A stretch of 64,000 nt of DNA from Alphaproteobacteria bacterium (GCA_947473805.1 CANJGB010000001.1:103413-167412), one strand, 5' to 3'; counted from the stretch's first letter, positions 18,224 to 26,916 are shown. Notes: generated by a model not told the origin, from the sequence alone. Made by a program: numbers and translations.

Positions 18224-19003
18224 CTACCCCTGGCGCTCCACCATCAGCTTCTTGATCTCGGCGATGGCCTTGGCCGGGTTCAGGCCCTTCGGGCAGGTCT
18301 GGGCGCAATTCATGATCGTGTGGCAGCGGTACAGGCGGAACGGATCCTCGAGGTCGTCGAGGCGCTCGCCCGTCATCTCGTCGCGGCTGTCGGCGATCCA
18401 GCGATAGGCCTGCAGCAGCACGGCGGGACCCAGGTAGCGGTCGCCGTTCCACCAGTAGCTGGGGCACGACGTGGTGCAGCAGAAGCACAGGATGCACTCG
18501 TACAGGCCGTCCAGCTTCTCGCGCTCTTCCTTCGACTGCAGGCGTTCGCGGCTCGGCGCCGGGCTCTGCGTCTGCATCCACGGCTTGATCGAAGCGTATT
18601 GCGCATAGGCCGTGGTCAGGTCCGGCACCAGGTCCTTGACCACCTTCATGTGCGGCAACGGGTAGATCGCCACATCGCCCTTGGTGTCGTCGCAGCTCTT
18701 GGTGCAGGCCAGCGTGTTCTGGCCGTCGATGTTCATGGCGCAGGAACCGCATACGCCCTCGCGGCACGAGCGGCGGAACGTAAGGGTCGAGTCCATCTCG
18801 TTCTTGATCTTGATCAGCGCGTCCAGAACCATCGGGCCGCAGGTGTCCATGTCGACCTCGAACGTGTCGACGGACGGTGTCTTGCCGTCGTCCTGATTCC
18901 AGCGGTAGACGCGGAAATTGCGCACGTTCTTGGCGCCGGCTGGCGCCTTGTGCGTCTTGCCCTCGGTGATCTTGGAATTCTTGGGCAGGTTGAACTCGGC
19001 CAT
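18224..19003 (-). CDS. sdhB: succinate dehydrogenase iron-sulfur subunit
   Basis: [32 protein letters not shown] and [17 protein letters not shown] are the three Fe-S cluster motifs. Confidence 0.97.
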   Translation of the reverse strand: MAEFNLPKNSKITEGKTHKAPAGAKNVRNFRVYRWNQDDGKTPSVDTFEVDMDTCGPMVLDALIKIKNEMDSTLTFRRSCREGVCGSCAMNIDGQNTLACTKSCDDTKGDVAIYPLPHMKVVKDLVPDLTTAYAQYASIKPWMQTQSPAPSRERLQSKEEREKLDGLYECILCFCCTTSCPSYWWNGDRYLGPAVLLQAYRWIADSRDEMTGERLDDLEDPFRLYRCHTIMNCAQTCPKGLNPAKAIAEIKKLMVERQG

Positions 19004-19016
19004 GGCTCTCTCCGGA

Positions 19017-20804
19017 TCAGTACACGCGCGCCTTGGGCGCGATGTACTCGATGTCGTTGGTCAGCGTGTAGGTGTGGACCGGGCGATAGTCGATCTTCAC
19101 ACTGCCCTTGCCGTCGATCCAGGCCAGCGTGTGTTTCATCCAGTTGACGTCGTCGCGGTTCGGGAAATCCTCGCGCGCATGGGCGCCGCGGCTTTCCTTG
19201 CGGTTGGCCGCGCCGTTCATGGTGATGGTGGCCTGGGCCAGCAGGCTGTCCAGTTCCAGCGTCTCGACCAGGTCCGAATTCCACACCATCGAGCGGTCGG
19301 TGACGCCGATGTCGGGCATGCCGGCATTGACCTCGGCGATCTTCTTCACGCCTTCGTCCAGCACTTCGCCGGTGCGGTAAACGGCGCAGTTCGCCTGCAT
19401 CGTCGCCTGCATGTTGGCGCGCAGCTCGGCGGTGCGGGTGCCGCCCTTGGCATTGCGGAAGCGGTCGAGGCGGGCAAGGATCGCGTCCTCGACGCCGGCG
19501 CTCACCTTCTTGTGCTTGGTGTCAGGCTTTACGACCTGCGCGGCCTTCTTGGCGGCGGCGCGGCCGAACACCACAAGGTCGATCAGCGAGTTCGAGCCGA
19601 GGCGGTTGGCGCCGTGCACCGACACGCAGGCGGCCTCGCCGATGGCCATCAGGCCGGGCACCACGGAATCCGGGTTGCCGTCCTTCAGGGTCAGCACTTC
19701 GCCGTGATAGTTCGTCGGAATGCCGCCCATGTTGTAGTGCACGGTCGGCAGGATCGGGATCGGCTGCTTGGTCACGTCGACACCGGCGAAGATGCGAGCG
19801 CTGTCCGAGATGCCGGGCAGGCGTTCGTGCAGAATCTTCGGGTCGAGATGGTCGAGGTGCAGGTAGATGTGGTCCTTCTTCGGACCCACGCCGCGGCCCT
19901 CGCGCATTTCCATGGTCATGGCGCGGCTGACGACGTCGCGCGAGGCCAGGTCCTTGGCCGAGGGGGCGTAGCGCTCCATGAAGCGCTCGCCGTTCGAGTT
20001 GACCAGATAGCCACCTTCGCCGCGCGCACCTTCGGTGACGAGGCAGCCCGAGCCATAGATGCCGGTTGGGTGGAACTGCACGAACTCCATGTCCTGCAGC
20101 GGCAGGCCGGCGCGCAGCACCATGCCGCCACCGTCGCCGGTGCAGGTATGGGCCGAGGTGGCCGAGAAGTAGGCGCGGCCATAGCCGCCGGTCGCCAGCA
20201 CCACCATGTGGGCGCGGAAACGGTGCAACGTGCCGTCGGCCAGGTTCCAGGCCATGACGCCACGGCATTCGCCGTCTTCCATGATCAGGTCGAGCGCGAA
20301 GTACTCGATGAAGAACTGGCTGTCGTACTTCAGCGACTGCGAATACAGCGTGTGCAGGATGGCGTGGCCGGTGCGGTCGGCCGCGGCGCAGGTACGCTGC
20401 GCCGCTTCCTGGCCGTAGTTCTTGGTCATGCCGCCGAAGGCGCGCTGGTAGATCTTGCCCTCTTCGGTGCGGCTGAACGGCACGCCGAAATGCTCCAGCT
20501 CGATGACCGAGGGGATGGCCTCGCGGCACAGATATTCGATGGCGTCCTGGTCGCCCAGCCAGTCCGACCCCTTGACGGTGTCGTACATGTGCCAGCGCCA
20601 GTCATCCTCGCCCATATTGCCCAGCGCCGCCGAAATGCCGCCCTGCGCCGCCACGGTGTGGCTGCGGGTCGGGAACACCTTGGTGATGCAGGCGGTCTTC
20701 AGGCCGGCCGCAGCCATGCCCATGGTCGCACGCAGGCCAGCGCCGCCGGCGCCGACGACGACGACGTCATACTCGTGGTCGATTACCGGATAGGCGGATG
20801 CCAA
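19017..20804 (-). CDS. sdhA: succinate dehydrogenase flavoprotein subunit
   Basis: [26 protein letters not shown] and HPTG motifs. Start placed at the TTG at 20804 (product [18 protein letters not shown]), 1 nt after the sdhD stop. The ORF track maximum is 20858. Confidence 0.95.
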   Translation of the reverse strand: MASAYPVIDHEYDVVVVGAGGAGLRATMGMAAAGLKTACITKVFPTRSHTVAAQGGISAALGNMGEDDWRWHMYDTVKGSDWLGDQDAIEYLCREAIPSVIELEHFGVPFSRTEEGKIYQRAFGGMTKNYGQEAAQRTCAAADRTGHAILHTLYSQSLKYDSQFFIEYFALDLIMEDGECRGVMAWNLADGTLHRFRAHMVVLATGGYGRAYFSATSAHTCTGDGGGMVLRAGLPLQDMEFVQFHPTGIYGSGCLVTEGARGEGGYLVNSNGERFMERYAPSAKDLASRDVVSRAMTMEMREGRGVGPKKDHIYLHLDHLDPKILHERLPGISDSARIFAGVDVTKQPIPILPTVHYNMGGIPTNYHGEVLTLKDGNPDSVVPGLMAIGEAACVSVHGANRLGSNSLIDLVVFGRAAAKKAAQVVKPDTKHKKVSAGVEDAILARLDRFRNAKGGTRTAELRANMQATMQANCAVYRTGEVLDEGVKKIAEVNAGMPDIGVTDRSMVWNSDLVETLELDSLLAQATITMNGAANRKESRGAHAREDFPNRDDVNWMKHTLAWIDGKGSVKIDYRPVHTYTLTNDIEYIAPKARVY

Positions 20805-20805
20805 C

Positions 20806-21192
20806 TCAGCCTCCAATGGCCATGGACAGAATGGCGAAGATGCAGGCCCCGCCGACAAAGATGCACGCGAACTTGACGGCCAGGATGCCGATCAGCTTGA
20901 TCCACTCGTCGTGGACATAGTCCTCGATCACGACCTGAAGGCCCAGCGACAGGTGCCAGAACAGTGCGACGACCAGCAGCGTGGTGATCAGCGCGGCGGT
21001 CGGCCGGCCCAGCACGTAATAGACGACATCCCAGTCCTGCCCGGTCAGCATGACCAGATAGGCCGTGAACAGCACGACCAGCGGGATCAGCGCCACCGCG
21101 GTGACGCGCTGCATCCACCAGTGGTGCGCGCCCTTCTTGGCGGAGCCGAGGCCGCGCACGCGGCCGAGCGGGGTGCGGAACGAGTCGGACAT
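20806..21192 (-). CDS. sdhD: succinate dehydrogenase membrane anchor subunit
   Basis: 128 aa with three TM segments. [20 protein letters not shown] is typical SdhD. Positioned between sdhC and sdhA. Confidence 0.9.
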   Translation of the reverse strand: MSDSFRTPLGRVRGLGSAKKGAHHWWMQRVTAVALIPLVVLFTAYLVMLTGQDWDVVYYVLGRPTAALITTLLVVALFWHLSLGLQVVIEDYVHDEWIKLIGILAVKFACIFVGGACIFAILSMAIGG

Positions 21193-21195
21193 GGG

Positions 21196-21585
21196 TCAGC
21201 CCCTCAGCGCGTAGGCAAGGATCCAGGTGACCAGCGTCAGCACGACGCCGCCGGCAATCACCAGGTAGGACGACAGGGTCGCGGTCTTCAGGTCGAAGCC
21301 CTTGCCCGCGTCCCAGAACAGGTGGCGCACGCCGCTGCACAGGTGGTGGAACACGGCCCAGGTAAAGCCGAACAGGACCAGGCGGCCGATAATGCTGCCC
21401 AGGAACCAGCTGACCACGGCGAAATGCTCCGGCCCGCGCGACGCGGCGATCAGCCACCAGGCCAGCAGCAGGGTGCCGACGCCCAGCGCGCAGCCGGTGA
21501 CCCGGTGCAGGATCGACAGCGCCATGGTGATCCGCCAGCGGTAGATCTGGAGGTGGGGTGACAGCGGGCGGTCGATAATGGCCAT
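21196..21585 (-). CDS. sdhC: succinate dehydrogenase cytochrome b556 subunit
   Basis: RPLSPHLQIYRWRITMALSILHRVTG is the SdhC signature. Confidence 0.92.
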   Translation of the reverse strand: MAIIDRPLSPHLQIYRWRITMALSILHRVTGCALGVGTLLLAWWLIAASRGPEHFAVVSWFLGSIIGRLVLFGFTWAVFHHLCSGVRHLFWDAGKGFDLKTATLSSYLVIAGGVVLTLVTWILAYALRG

Positions 21586-21671
21586 GAGGATTCCTGGGGC
21601 TGTCCCTGGACGGAGCGGGTGGTCGAAATGGGCGCGGGCCGCCGGACGGCGGCCCGAAAAGGCATCGCCGG

Positions 21672-21699
21672 ATACTAGTCCGCCGCGCCTTCAAGTCAA
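21672..21699 (-). promoter_or_regulatory. candidate sigma70-type promoter for sdhCDAB (TTGACT-N16-TAGTAT)
   Basis: Minus-strand TTGACT at 21699-21694 and TAGTAT at 21677-21672, about 90 nt upstream of the sdhC ATG. Confidence 0.3.
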
Positions 21700-21775
21700 C
21701 GATTTCAGGCCTTTATTCGGCCTGCGGCGAATAGTTGAGAACGGATCGCAGGAGGTGCGCCGCTTGTCCGTCTTT

Positions 21776-22612
21776 TCAAATCGACGGCGAGGCCGGCAAT
21801 GCTTCCGGATCGAGATAGCGCAGCCGGTCAGCAAAGAACTGCGCGTGCGCCAGAACGTCGGTGTCATGGCCACGCGCTGCCGGCACGACGTAGTTGAACT
21901 GCACCGAGCTCACAAGATCGCCGAGCGGGGTGAAGGCATACCAGCGGCGGATCAGTTTCCGGCCGTTCTTGTCGTCGAAGAATCGCCCGTGAACAACCAC
22001 CGTCGAATCGTCTCCCAGCTTCGATATTTCCACGTCGCCTTCCAGGTCGAGGGCGTGAAGCCTCTGTGTGGTGAACTTGACCAGGGCGATAATCTGGTCG
22101 GCGACGTCGTCATCGTCCTCAATGCCCGGTGCTCGCGCTGCACCGGCCAGGATCGAGAGCAAATGATCGCCGCATGGGCTGCGGGCGTGCCATGCCCCGT
22201 CGGCGTCATCATCGAACGACCAGTCGAGCGGAATTCTGCCGTTCCATGTCGAATGCTGGCTTTGACCCTGCACCCGCCGCCACACAACATCGTCTGCCGT
22301 TTGGCACGCCCAGTTGGCGATGCAGCCGGCCAGGCGCTCGGCCTCCGCGTCGCAATGAACGACCAGCGCAGCGGTAAGGGGAGCGTCACGCAAGCCATCG
22401 ACGCAAACCAGCGTCAGGCGCAGGCTGCGCACGCCGGCATCTCCACGGTCGAAGATGCGGCCGAATTCAAAGAAATGACAGAGCTGCCTCTCGTCATTGT
22501 CGCTGTACTCGCGGCGGAACCGCAGGATTCCATCGTCATGCCGTGTTTCAAAGACGGCATTCGGATACTGCTCCGCCCAGTCCCGGGCTATGGAAAGAAT
22601 CTCCTGCGTCAT
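21776..22612 (-). CDS. hypothetical protein (paralog B, C-terminal part), unknown family
   Basis: ATG at 22612 overlaps the TGA of the upstream 67-aa ORF (ATGA). The C-terminal RKLIRRWYAFTPLGD...AQFFADR parallels ORF 22815-23870. An alternative ATG is at 22627. Confidence 0.55.
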   Translation of the reverse strand: MTQEILSIARDWAEQYPNAVFETRHDDGILRFRREYSDNDERQLCHFFEFGRIFDRGDAGVRSLRLTLVCVDGLRDAPLTAALVVHCDAEAERLAGCIANWACQTADDVVWRRVQGQSQHSTWNGRIPLDWSFDDDADGAWHARSPCGDHLLSILAGAARAPGIEDDDDVADQIIALVKFTTQRLHALDLEGDVEISKLGDDSTVVVHGRFFDDKNGRKLIRRWYAFTPLGDLVSSVQFNYVVPAARGHDTDVLAHAQFFADRLRYLDPEALPASPSI

Positions 22613-22812
22613 TTTTTCGTTCGGCATCGGTGGCTGGCCGGCATCGGGTCGAGCTTGATATACAGCGTGTAGTTGTCGCCAGGGCTTTCGGCGGCCCATT
22701 CACCAGCGGCGTTTTCATATACGCCGCACTTCCACCCGCGCGGTACGATAAGGCGCAGCGTCGCCGCTGGCGCCGAAAGGATGACGCTCTCGGTTTCCAG
22801 CAGCGACGGCAC
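22609..22812 (-). CDS. hypothetical 67-aa protein (paralog B, N-terminal part)
   Basis: GTG start 2 nt after the upstream stop. SLLETESVILSAPAATLRLIVPRGWKCGVYEN parallels the N-terminus of ORF 22815-23870. Confidence 0.45.
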   Translation of the reverse strand: MPSLLETESVILSAPAATLRLIVPRGWKCGVYENAAGEWAAESPGDNYTLYIKLDPMPASHRCRTKK

Positions 22813-22814
22813 GG

Positions 22815-23870
22815 CTATTTCTCGCGGATGTCGATGCCGTTGGACAGCGCGGCGTCGGTCTGTTCGGCGAAGAAGGCTTTCAGCGCCGCATAGTCCGGCG
22901 TGCCGAGGTCGGTCGTGTCACAGGCGAAGGTCTGCCGGTGCAGGCGGATATAGGTGTCGTCGTGGATGAAGGCGTACCAGCGCGTGATGGTCTGCGGGCG
23001 TCCCTCCGGATTATCTTCGAAGGTGATCTCGACGCGGCGACCATTCTTATGCCGGATGACGTCAGGCGGCGCGACGAGATTTAAATTGTCGCGGGCGAAT
23101 GCGGCGACCTTTTTCACATTGGCCTCGAGCGCCTTTTCCATCGCGCGCTTGCTCACCTTGTCGATCACCTGCGCGCCCAGTTCATGGCGCCAGCGCCCGG
23201 CCTTGTCCTCAAACCACCAAATGCCGTCGGTGCCCAGTTGCGCCGTCCAGCCCAGAGGTGTCTTGCAGGTCAGCGTGCCGCCATCTGCGCACTTCAACAC
23301 CGCCTTGCGCCACGGCACCGCCGGACCAATTCCCGGCGGCAGGGTCTTCTTGCCGCGCAGCTGGTCGGCAATTGAATTCAGTTCTGCTTCGAAATGTTGT
23401 TTCAGTACTTTCGTCTTCTGTGCGTCCACCGCGTCCGCGTCAGTGACGAAATAGATTTCCGGTCTCTCCACGCCACGGTCGCCCATATCTAGGACCTTGG
23501 CCCAAGCAAAGTCGACGAAAGCCCCTGAACCATCTTGTCCGCTAGCCTGTGTCCAGACGTGATAACCGTCCGGCTCACGCTGATGGTCGCCGTGGCCATC
23601 CTTCATGTTTGCGCGGACAAGCACTGTCAGCGCACAGGCCAGCATAAATTTTTGCAGCGGCTCCGCCGCCTGTGGTTCGGAAACATCGATATCGAGAAGG
23701 CCGACAAAGACGCTGCTCCGGCCATCGGGCGAGTCGAACATCCACGAGTAAATTGAATCCTCGTAGAGCTGGGCACGCACCCAGCCCTTCGGCAGGGCGA
23801 AGGCAATCGTGCCCGGATCGCCCTCCAGGCAGATCGTTTCAGTCTCCAGATCAAAAGTAGTGTCATTCAT
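22815..23870 (-). CDS. hypothetical protein (paralog A), unknown family, two internal P-x-GW modules
   Basis: 351 aa from the ATG at 23870 (an alternative ATG is at 23900). No motif I can assign. Similar at the N-terminus, middle and C-terminus to the two downstream ORFs. Confidence 0.6.
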   Translation of the reverse strand: MNDTTFDLETETICLEGDPGTIAFALPKGWVRAQLYEDSIYSWMFDSPDGRSSVFVGLLDIDVSEPQAAEPLQKFMLACALTVLVRANMKDGHGDHQREPDGYHVWTQASGQDGSGAFVDFAWAKVLDMGDRGVERPEIYFVTDADAVDAQKTKVLKQHFEAELNSIADQLRGKKTLPPGIGPAVPWRKAVLKCADGGTLTCKTPLGWTAQLGTDGIWWFEDKAGRWRHELGAQVIDKVSKRAMEKALEANVKKVAAFARDNLNLVAPPDVIRHKNGRRVEITFEDNPEGRPQTITRWYAFIHDDTYIRLHRQTFACDTTDLGTPDYAALKAFFAEQTDAALSNGIDIREK

Positions 23871-23904
23871 GACATATCCCGTAATCGGATATGTAAACAT
23901 AACC

Positions 23905-23946
23905 GGAACATTCTCACGCGTGGAAGCTGGAACATATTCCCGCGTG
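23905..23946. repeat. tandem 18-bp direct repeat GGAACAT-N5-CGCGTG (x2, 24-bp period)
   Basis: GGAACATTCTCACGCGTG at 23905-23922 and GGAACATATTCCCGCGTG at 23929-23946, between the ABC-6TM stop and paralog A. Confidence 0.6.
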
Positions 23947-23948
23947 CC

Positions 23949-24908
23949 TTACGACTTTGCTGGCGTCGCCTCAAACCGCGCCTGCAGGTCGGCAATCAGG
24001 TGATACTTCACGTTCGCCACCGACCATTCGCGCAGGAAGTTGATCAGGTCGCTCCACGGGTCGCGGGTGCGGTGCAGGCCGGTCAGGAACGCCACCACGG
24101 TGCCGGCCTCGATCTGCCCGTGCACCACCAGCCACCCGCCCACGCCCAGTACCCCTGCCACGCTCACGTGGTACAGCGTGTTCATGATGAAGTTCAGGCC
24201 GTACTTCAGGCGGAAGATGCCTATGTTCAGCTCGAACACTTTCTGCGTGCCCGCCTCGAACCCGTCATCGGCGCCATCGACCAGTTCCGGATGGGCGACG
24301 ATGCCGGCGCTGACCTCGCGCAAGACGACGATACGTTCCGCCGCCCGCCGGTTGATCACCCGTTGCAGCCACGGCACGACGGCGGCCTGGGGAATGAACA
24401 AAACTGCGCACAGCAGCGCCATCCACGGCTGCAGCCAGGCCATGTAGCCGAACACGCTGACCAGCAGGCCGCCCTGCAGCAGCGGTTCAGAAATGCCCAT
24501 GCCGACGAAGCCGCCCACCGCCTCCGTCTCCGCCACGACCACGGCAACCTCGATACCGTCGCGTGCGCTGTCCTGCGCGCCGGTCGACGTGGCGTGCACG
24601 TCCAGCCGCAGGCGCCGCGTGGCCTTCTCGCCGATCCAGCCGCGATAGACGTTCATCAGATATTTCAGGCCGCCGTGCAGCAACTCGACCCCGGCATAGG
24701 CGAGCGCCAGCCAGAAGATCGCGGTAAAGTCCGGGTTCTTGATCGCGTCGTTGACGACCCGCCGCTGGATTTCCAGCGGTGCGGTGTTGAGCAGGAACAC
24801 CGCCACCGCCAGGATCGACAGCAGGATCTGGTCACGCGCACTGATGCGCCAGATGAAACCGAAAATGCCCTTCGGCAGGGTTTTGTCGAGCGGTGTCGTT
24901 CCTGGCAT
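23949..24908 (-). CDS. ABC transporter six-transmembrane domain protein without an ATPase domain
   Basis: 319 aa from the ATG at 24908. Type-1 ABC exporter TMD pattern (LLNTAPLEIQRRVVNDAI...YRGWIGEKATRRLRLDV...GQIEAGTVVAFL). The ORF ends before any Walker A or LSGGQ motif. Confidence 0.7.
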   Translation of the reverse strand: MPGTTPLDKTLPKGIFGFIWRISARDQILLSILAVAVFLLNTAPLEIQRRVVNDAIKNPDFTAIFWLALAYAGVELLHGGLKYLMNVYRGWIGEKATRRLRLDVHATSTGAQDSARDGIEVAVVVAETEAVGGFVGMGISEPLLQGGLLVSVFGYMAWLQPWMALLCAVLFIPQAAVVPWLQRVINRRAAERIVVLREVSAGIVAHPELVDGADDGFEAGTQKVFELNIGIFRLKYGLNFIMNTLYHVSVAGVLGVGGWLVVHGQIEAGTVVAFLTGLHRTRDPWSDLINFLREWSVANVKYHLIADLQARFEATPAKS

Positions 24909-24913
24909 GATGG

Positions 24914-25978
24914 TTACCGGCGCGGCATCAACACCCAGTAGTCGAGGTCCAGCACCACATCGTCGGGATATTTCCCCGTGCCATCCGGGCCGGGAAATTC
25001 CGTCGCCGCACGGTTCTTGATTCCCGTGGTGCGCAGGCGCAGCGCGCCCACATCCTTGCGCCCGGCGAACTCTTCCTTCGCCAGCACTTCCGACCACGCA
25101 TAGATGGTGTCGCCTGCCGCACTGGGATTCACGTGCCGGCCGCCGTTGAGCGCCGCCACCATTGCCGCGCCGCCCAGCCCGTTGAAACTCAGCGCCCGCA
25201 CCATGCTGATGATGTGGCCGCCATAGACCAGCCTTTTGCCGGATTTCTCCTGCCCCTGCAGGTGCTGGTTGAAGTGCACCTTGGCATTGTTCTGGTACAG
25301 CCGCGTGGCGATCTGGTGCTCGGCTTCCTCGATCGTGCTGCCGTCCACATGGTCGATCTTCTCGCCGACCTCGTAGTCGTCCCAGCGGAACGGCGATCCC
25401 GCCAGCGCGCCGTCATATTTGGTGAAGTCCAGCCCGGTCGGAATTACCAGGTCACTGGCCGCGACGGCGGCGGGCAGCGACGGCACCACCGTTTCCGGCG
25501 CCGGCGCGGCGAGGTCGCGCTTGCGCACCATGACCCAGCGCACATAGTCCAGCACCGGCTCGTCCGACTGGTTGCGCCCGGTCGAGCGCACGTACACCAC
25601 GCCGCTCTGCTTGTTGGAGTTTTCCTTCAGGCCGATCACGTTCGAGCGCGCGGTGATGGTGTCGCCCGGCCAAACCGGCGCCAGCCAGCGACAATCGGCA
25701 TAGCCCAGGTTCGCCACCGCGTTCAGCGAAATGTCCGGCACCGTCTTGCCAAACACCATGTGGAACACCAGCAGTTCGTCCACCGGGCTGCGCGACAGGC
25801 CCAGGCCGCGCGCGAAGTCGTCCGACGACGTGACAGGAAAGCGGCCGCCGAACAGCCCGTTGTACAGCGCCACGTCGCCCAGCGTGACGGTGCGTGGCGT
25901 GGCGTGGGGCAGGTAGTGCCCGACCTTGAAGTCCTCGAAGAAATTGCCGCTATTGGTTTTTGTATTGGTCATGGCCAT
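24914..25978 (-). CDS. MaoC family double hot-dog hydratase, mesaconyl-CoA hydratase-like
   Basis: 354 aa. SGNFFEDFKVGHYLPHATPRTVTLGD at the N-terminus and a second hot-dog half. Adjacent to a CitE/HpcH-type CoA-ester lyase gene. Confidence 0.75.
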   Translation of the reverse strand: MAMTNTKTNSGNFFEDFKVGHYLPHATPRTVTLGDVALYNGLFGGRFPVTSSDDFARGLGLSRSPVDELLVFHMVFGKTVPDISLNAVANLGYADCRWLAPVWPGDTITARSNVIGLKENSNKQSGVVYVRSTGRNQSDEPVLDYVRWVMVRKRDLAAPAPETVVPSLPAAVAASDLVIPTGLDFTKYDGALAGSPFRWDDYEVGEKIDHVDGSTIEEAEHQIATRLYQNNAKVHFNQHLQGQEKSGKRLVYGGHIISMVRALSFNGLGGAAMVAALNGGRHVNPSAAGDTIYAWSEVLAKEEFAGRKDVGALRLRTTGIKNRAATEFPGPDGTGKYPDDVVLDLDYWVLMPRR

Positions 25979-26037
25979 TCCCCGCAGCGATATCCCGACT
26001 CAACGTTCCGGCGCGCACATGGTTGCCGGGGTGGAGC

Positions 26038-26916
26038 CTAGGCCGCCGCCAGCTTTTCGATGGCCTCGGCCAGGGCGACGACGCGCCGGGCGTTTTCCAC
26101 GTGCAGGTTCTCGATCAGCTTGCCGTCGACCAGCACCACCGCCTTGCCCTCGGCCTGCGCCTGCGCGAACGCCGCGATGATCCGGCGCGACAGCGCGACC
26201 TCGTCCGCCGACGGCGCAAAGGCCGCGTTGCACGGCTCGACCTGCTTCGGGTGGATCAGCGTCTTGCCGTCGAAGCCGAACTCCACGCCCTGGGCGCAGG
26301 TCGCCTTGAAGCCTTCGTCGTCGTTCAGGTCGTTGTACACGCCGTCGAGAATCGCCAGGCCATAGGCGCGCGCGGCCAGCATGCAATGCGACAGGGCCGT
26401 GATGATCGGCAGGCGCAAGGCGGTGTGCCGCGCATGCACGTCCTTCACCAGGTCGTTGGTGCCCATGACGAAACAGGCCACGCGGGGCGATGCGGCGGCG
26501 ATCTCCTCCGCATGCAGGATGCCTTTCGGCGTTTCCATCATGCACCAGATGGCGGTCGTCGCCGGCGCGCCGTGCCGGTCCATCAGCGACGCCACTTCCA
26601 GCACCTGGGCGCGGCTTTCCACTTTGGGCAGCAGGATGGCGTCAGGCGCGGCCTTCGACGCGGCGGCCAGGTCGTCCTTGCCCCATTGCGTGTCCAGCCC
26701 GTTGATGCGGACGATCAGCTCGCGCCCGCCAAACCCGCCGGCCTTCAGCACCGCCGCGATCTGCTCGCGGGCCATCGGCTTCGCGTCCGGCGCGGTGGCG
26801 TCTTCCAGGTCCAGGATCAGGCCATCGGCCGGGATCGAGCGCGCCTTGTCCAGGGCGCGGGCGTTCGAGCCGGGCATGTACAGCACGCTGCGGCGGGGGC
26901 GGACGGTGACGGCCAT
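26038..26916 (-). CDS. HpcH/HpaI aldolase-citrate lyase beta (CitE) family CoA-ester lyase or thioesterase (malyl-CoA/citramalyl-CoA type)
   Basis: RRSVLYMPGSNARALDKA...ADGLILDLEDATAPDAK...VRINGLDT...DAILLPKVES are CitE-like motifs. ATG at 26916 (a TTG is at 26943). Confidence 0.85.
   Translation of the reverse strand: MAVTVRPRRSVLYMPGSNARALDKARSIPADGLILDLEDATAPDAKPMAREQIAAVLKAGGFGGRELIVRINGLDTQWGKDDLAAASKAAPDAILLPKVESRAQVLEVASLMDRHGAPATTAIWCMMETPKGILHAEEIAAASPRVACFVMGTNDLVKDVHARHTALRLPIITALSHCMLAARAYGLAILDGVYNDLNDDEGFKATCAQGVEFGFDGKTLIHPKQVEPCNAAFAPSADEVALSRRIIAAFAQAQAEGKAVVLVDGKLIENLHVENARRVVALAEAIEKLAAA

Noticed and set aside
20805-20858. Longer sdhA start ([19 protein letters not shown]...) overlapping sdhD by 53 nt
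   Set aside because: The extension has no counterpart in SdhA N-termini as I know them. The TTG at 20804 gives the usual distance of about 10 residues to the [12 protein letters not shown] dinucleotide-binding motif. The start is not experimentally certain.
18918-20876. 652-aa plus-strand ORF opposite sdhA/sdhB. The same applies to 39462-41651 (+), 41742-43712 (-), 43367-45091 (-), 45934-47370 (-), 46485-48167 (+), 50646-52622 (+), 53616-55877 (+) and 60654-62552 (-)
   Set aside because: All are antisense or out of frame relative to strongly conserved genes (sdhA, ffh, tauD-like/dapF, mtaB, cydA, ccmI, ccmF, polA). Their composition is repetitive and R/A/G/H/Q-rich. They are high-GC shadow ORFs.
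21636-21655. GGGCCGCC-GGAC-GGCGGCCC hairpin as a terminator of the hypothetical operon
   Set aside because: It is about 120 nt downstream of the stop at 21776 and lacks a proper U-tract on the minus strand. It lies inside the presumed sdhC 5' region, so its function is unclear.
23905-23946. GGAAC-containing direct repeats as ECF sigma -35 elements
   Set aside because: GGAAC lies on the plus strand while the downstream genes are on the minus strand, and no CGT-type -10 element occurs at 16-17 nt spacing. The repeats are reported only as repeats.
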